A DNA stretch of 64,000 bases from Paraphysomonas bandaiensis (Eukaryota > Protista > Chrysophyceae): contig CBFFRP010000357.1 in the NCBI GenBank assembly GCA_965644295.1, positions 124,001 through 188,000 of the forward strand, written 5' to 3'. This document shows positions 62,006-64,000 of this stretch, piece by piece. The position numbers and the translations under genes are program-made. Every line of letters starts with the position of its first letter. Positions within the stretch are counted from its first letter, which is position 1. The notes below the pieces were generated by a model. The model made no database searches. It saw only the letters and a list, made by a program, of their open reading frames with translations, and was not told the origin of the DNA.

Positions 62006-63442
62006 TTATTTCTTCTCTCTAAGATTATATTTCTCGATATACCAAGAGAACCTCTCGAGAACCATATCCTCGGAAAGGCCATAGTCCTGTAAACTGTACG
62101 CATGTAACACTGCCTTCTTCTTGAGTCCAGCCGACTCCTCCTTAATCTTCTGTTCCTTGAGCTTCCTACGCTGCTCGGCATTCTTAGCAAGGTATGAGTC
62201 GATGCGCTCATCGTACTCAGTTGAGAATGGAAGCTCCGCCTTCTCGAACACTTTGCGACAAATTTCCTTCGGGTTCTTGATGTTATCTGCATACCGAACG
62301 TGCAATATGCGCATGGTGGCGGATGCCTTTTCGATGCTAGCCACAGCCTTGTCCAAAGAATACGCAGTGTAGTCCATGACAGCCTTACCAAGGGCATGCT
62401 TATCAATGGTCCAACTGTTGATTACCATCTTAATAATGGTTTCGTAAAGCGAACAGGCTGACGCAATGCATTCGACAGGATCCCTGTGAGTCCATACAAC
62501 AGTTGCATCGGGGAAGGAAGCATGAAGCTCTGACAAATAAGGAAGGTGAAAAGGACACTTAAGCATCCAAGTAAATTCTCCTTGTCTGTTCTCGTCTTGC
62601 CAAGCCAGAACTTGCAAATACTTCTTGTACAGGTTGAAAGCATTGCCAGCACCAAGATCTCCAACTTCTTTCGCTACGAATGGAAGCAACGGGATAGTAG
62701 TGATGTTAAAAGGAACCTCCATGCCGCAAGGTGTGCTGCACTCCTCGGGTTCATCATACCCAATACGATGAATAGATTGAATGGCATCACCAGCAACCAT
62801 CAATATCTTGGCGAGTTCTCCCTTGTTCTTGTTGTAGCGCTTCTTTCGGTCCAATGTGCGCATTGCCAGCGATTCGTGATCACAGTTCGGAATAGGCTCC
62901 ATTTGCTCCCAGCTATAATGCATGCGAACTTCAGGATGAAGGCCCAAGAGTTCATGAAGGAAAGTTGTCCCAGTGCGAGGAAAGCCAATGACAAAAACAG
63001 GTCTGCGGACATTAATTGAAGAAATATCAGGATGCTTTTTGAGGAAGTCAATTAACTTTAAACGAGTCTCCACACGTTTTGTTAAAGTTGATACAGAAAA
63101 ATATATTCCTGAAGGACTGAGTTGAACATTACTACGAGATAGCCCAAGTTTAAATAATGGATCATATCTCTTGACCATATCCAACTCATCTCCCCCCATA
63201 TCACTCAATCCAGTCGATTGTTTGGCATTTTTTACAATCTCATTCATAGAAATTTCCTTATTCTTCCATATCCCAATACGGAATATATGTGGAAGGTAAC
63301 AGATCGTGTCTAGTAAGCATGCTATAGTGGGTTTCACACCTGAGAGTTTCTTTCGCTTATAAGTGTCATATGCTATAGCAATTAATATGACATACACTAC
63401 TGTAATAAGAATAAGAAAATAAGGGGATGAATAGAATGCCAT
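62006..63442 (-). CDS. Sulfotransferase (Sulfotransfer_3, bacterial Stf-like) with an N-terminal membrane anchor
   Basis: Intronless 478 aa; PAPS loop VIGFPRTGTTFLHELL, EPEEC, WMLKCPFHL, VWTHRDP. Confidence 0.9.
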   Translation of the reverse strand: MAFYSSPYFLILITVVYVILIAIAYDTYKRKKLSGVKPTIACLLDTICYLPHIFRIGIWKNKEISMNEIVKNAKQSTGLSDMGGDELDMVKRYDPLFKLGLSRSNVQLSPSGIYFSVSTLTKRVETRLKLIDFLKKHPDISSINVRRPVFVIGFPRTGTTFLHELLGLHPEVRMHYSWEQMEPIPNCDHESLAMRTLDRKKRYNKNKGELAKILMVAGDAIQSIHRIGYDEPEECSTPCGMEVPFNITTIPLLPFVAKEVGDLGAGNAFNLYKKYLQVLAWQDENRQGEFTWMLKCPFHLPYLSELHASFPDATVVWTHRDPVECIASACSLYETIIKMVINSWTIDKHALGKAVMDYTAYSLDKAVASIEKASATMRILHVRYADNIKNPKEICRKVFEKAELPFSTEYDERIDSYLAKNAEQRRKLKEQKIKEESAGLKKKAVLHAYSLQDYGLSEDMVLERFSWYIEKYNLREKK

Positions 63443-64000
63443 CGATGAATTGTATGGGATATCTCCTTATGATAATGGAGACTCTAACCAGACCTAATTA
63501 ATGAGAAGGAGATGGAGTTATATATGGAAACATACGCTTCCTTATGTCCACATTCCACTCGTAGTTAATGTATAGGATTTGACGTATGTTTCTATAGATA
63601 TTCAGTTCTAAAAAAAAAAGATGAAGTTGATGTCCATGGAATATTTATATCCAATTATATTGTAGAAGAGAAGTAGATAGAGTATATGATTGGTTGATAA
63701 TGAATGGTACAGGGAGAGTGACGATGTTGAACATCACCAGCAGCAGACTAATCAAGCGGTTTCAGTTTTTTTTTCAATGAAGTCTCCAGACATATACATA
63801 CATACTGTACATGTATGTATATATGTATATACACACACTGTAGCTGGAAGTTACGTATATAGATAGACCTCTACATGTATGTATGTGTGTACATATAGTA
63901 CTATATCTACAGCAGTATACATACAGACACTGTACATCATACACAGTCCTCGTAGTCTCGTAGTGGTTATTTCTGCCTGTGTATCTGACAGTGTTGGAAG

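Overview
Gene-dense eukaryotic nuclear DNA with short (~50-60 nt) GT-AG introns. Gene content and protein style suggest a stramenopile, possibly a chrysophyte-like protist (inference). About 19 protein genes are supportable: an EF-hand membrane protein, an ankyrin protein, a small RVxF protein, two Crinkler-like (NTPase/REase) genes, a HET-like/TPR protein, DCAF7/WDR68, casein kinase I, a metallophosphoesterase, a pRiA4b-ORF3-like protein, an NCoR-type SANT protein, a signal-peptide GT41, a GH5-EGF-TM cellulase, Tubby, a papain-family protease, an acyltransferase-like protein, SAC3/GANP and a sulfotransferase. Mobile DNA comprises one apparently intact 2.39-kb hAT transposon (23-bp TIRs, 8-bp TSD), a decayed two-gene PIF/Harbinger element, a Ty1/copia remnant, and a ~0.45-kb dispersed repeat (7 loci, probably LTR-derived) found only on the 3' side of genes, where two copies form a long inverted repeat. 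Upstream regions show either long (TATG)n or minisatellite arrays, or a ~150-bp block of phased A/T tracts. No rRNA, tRNA or CRISPR array is supported. The best candidate for an undescribed system is the 7-19 kb block of NTPase-REase plus membrane-anchored HET-like/TPR genes beside TE debris, which may be a protist defence or cell-death locus. This remains a hypothesis.
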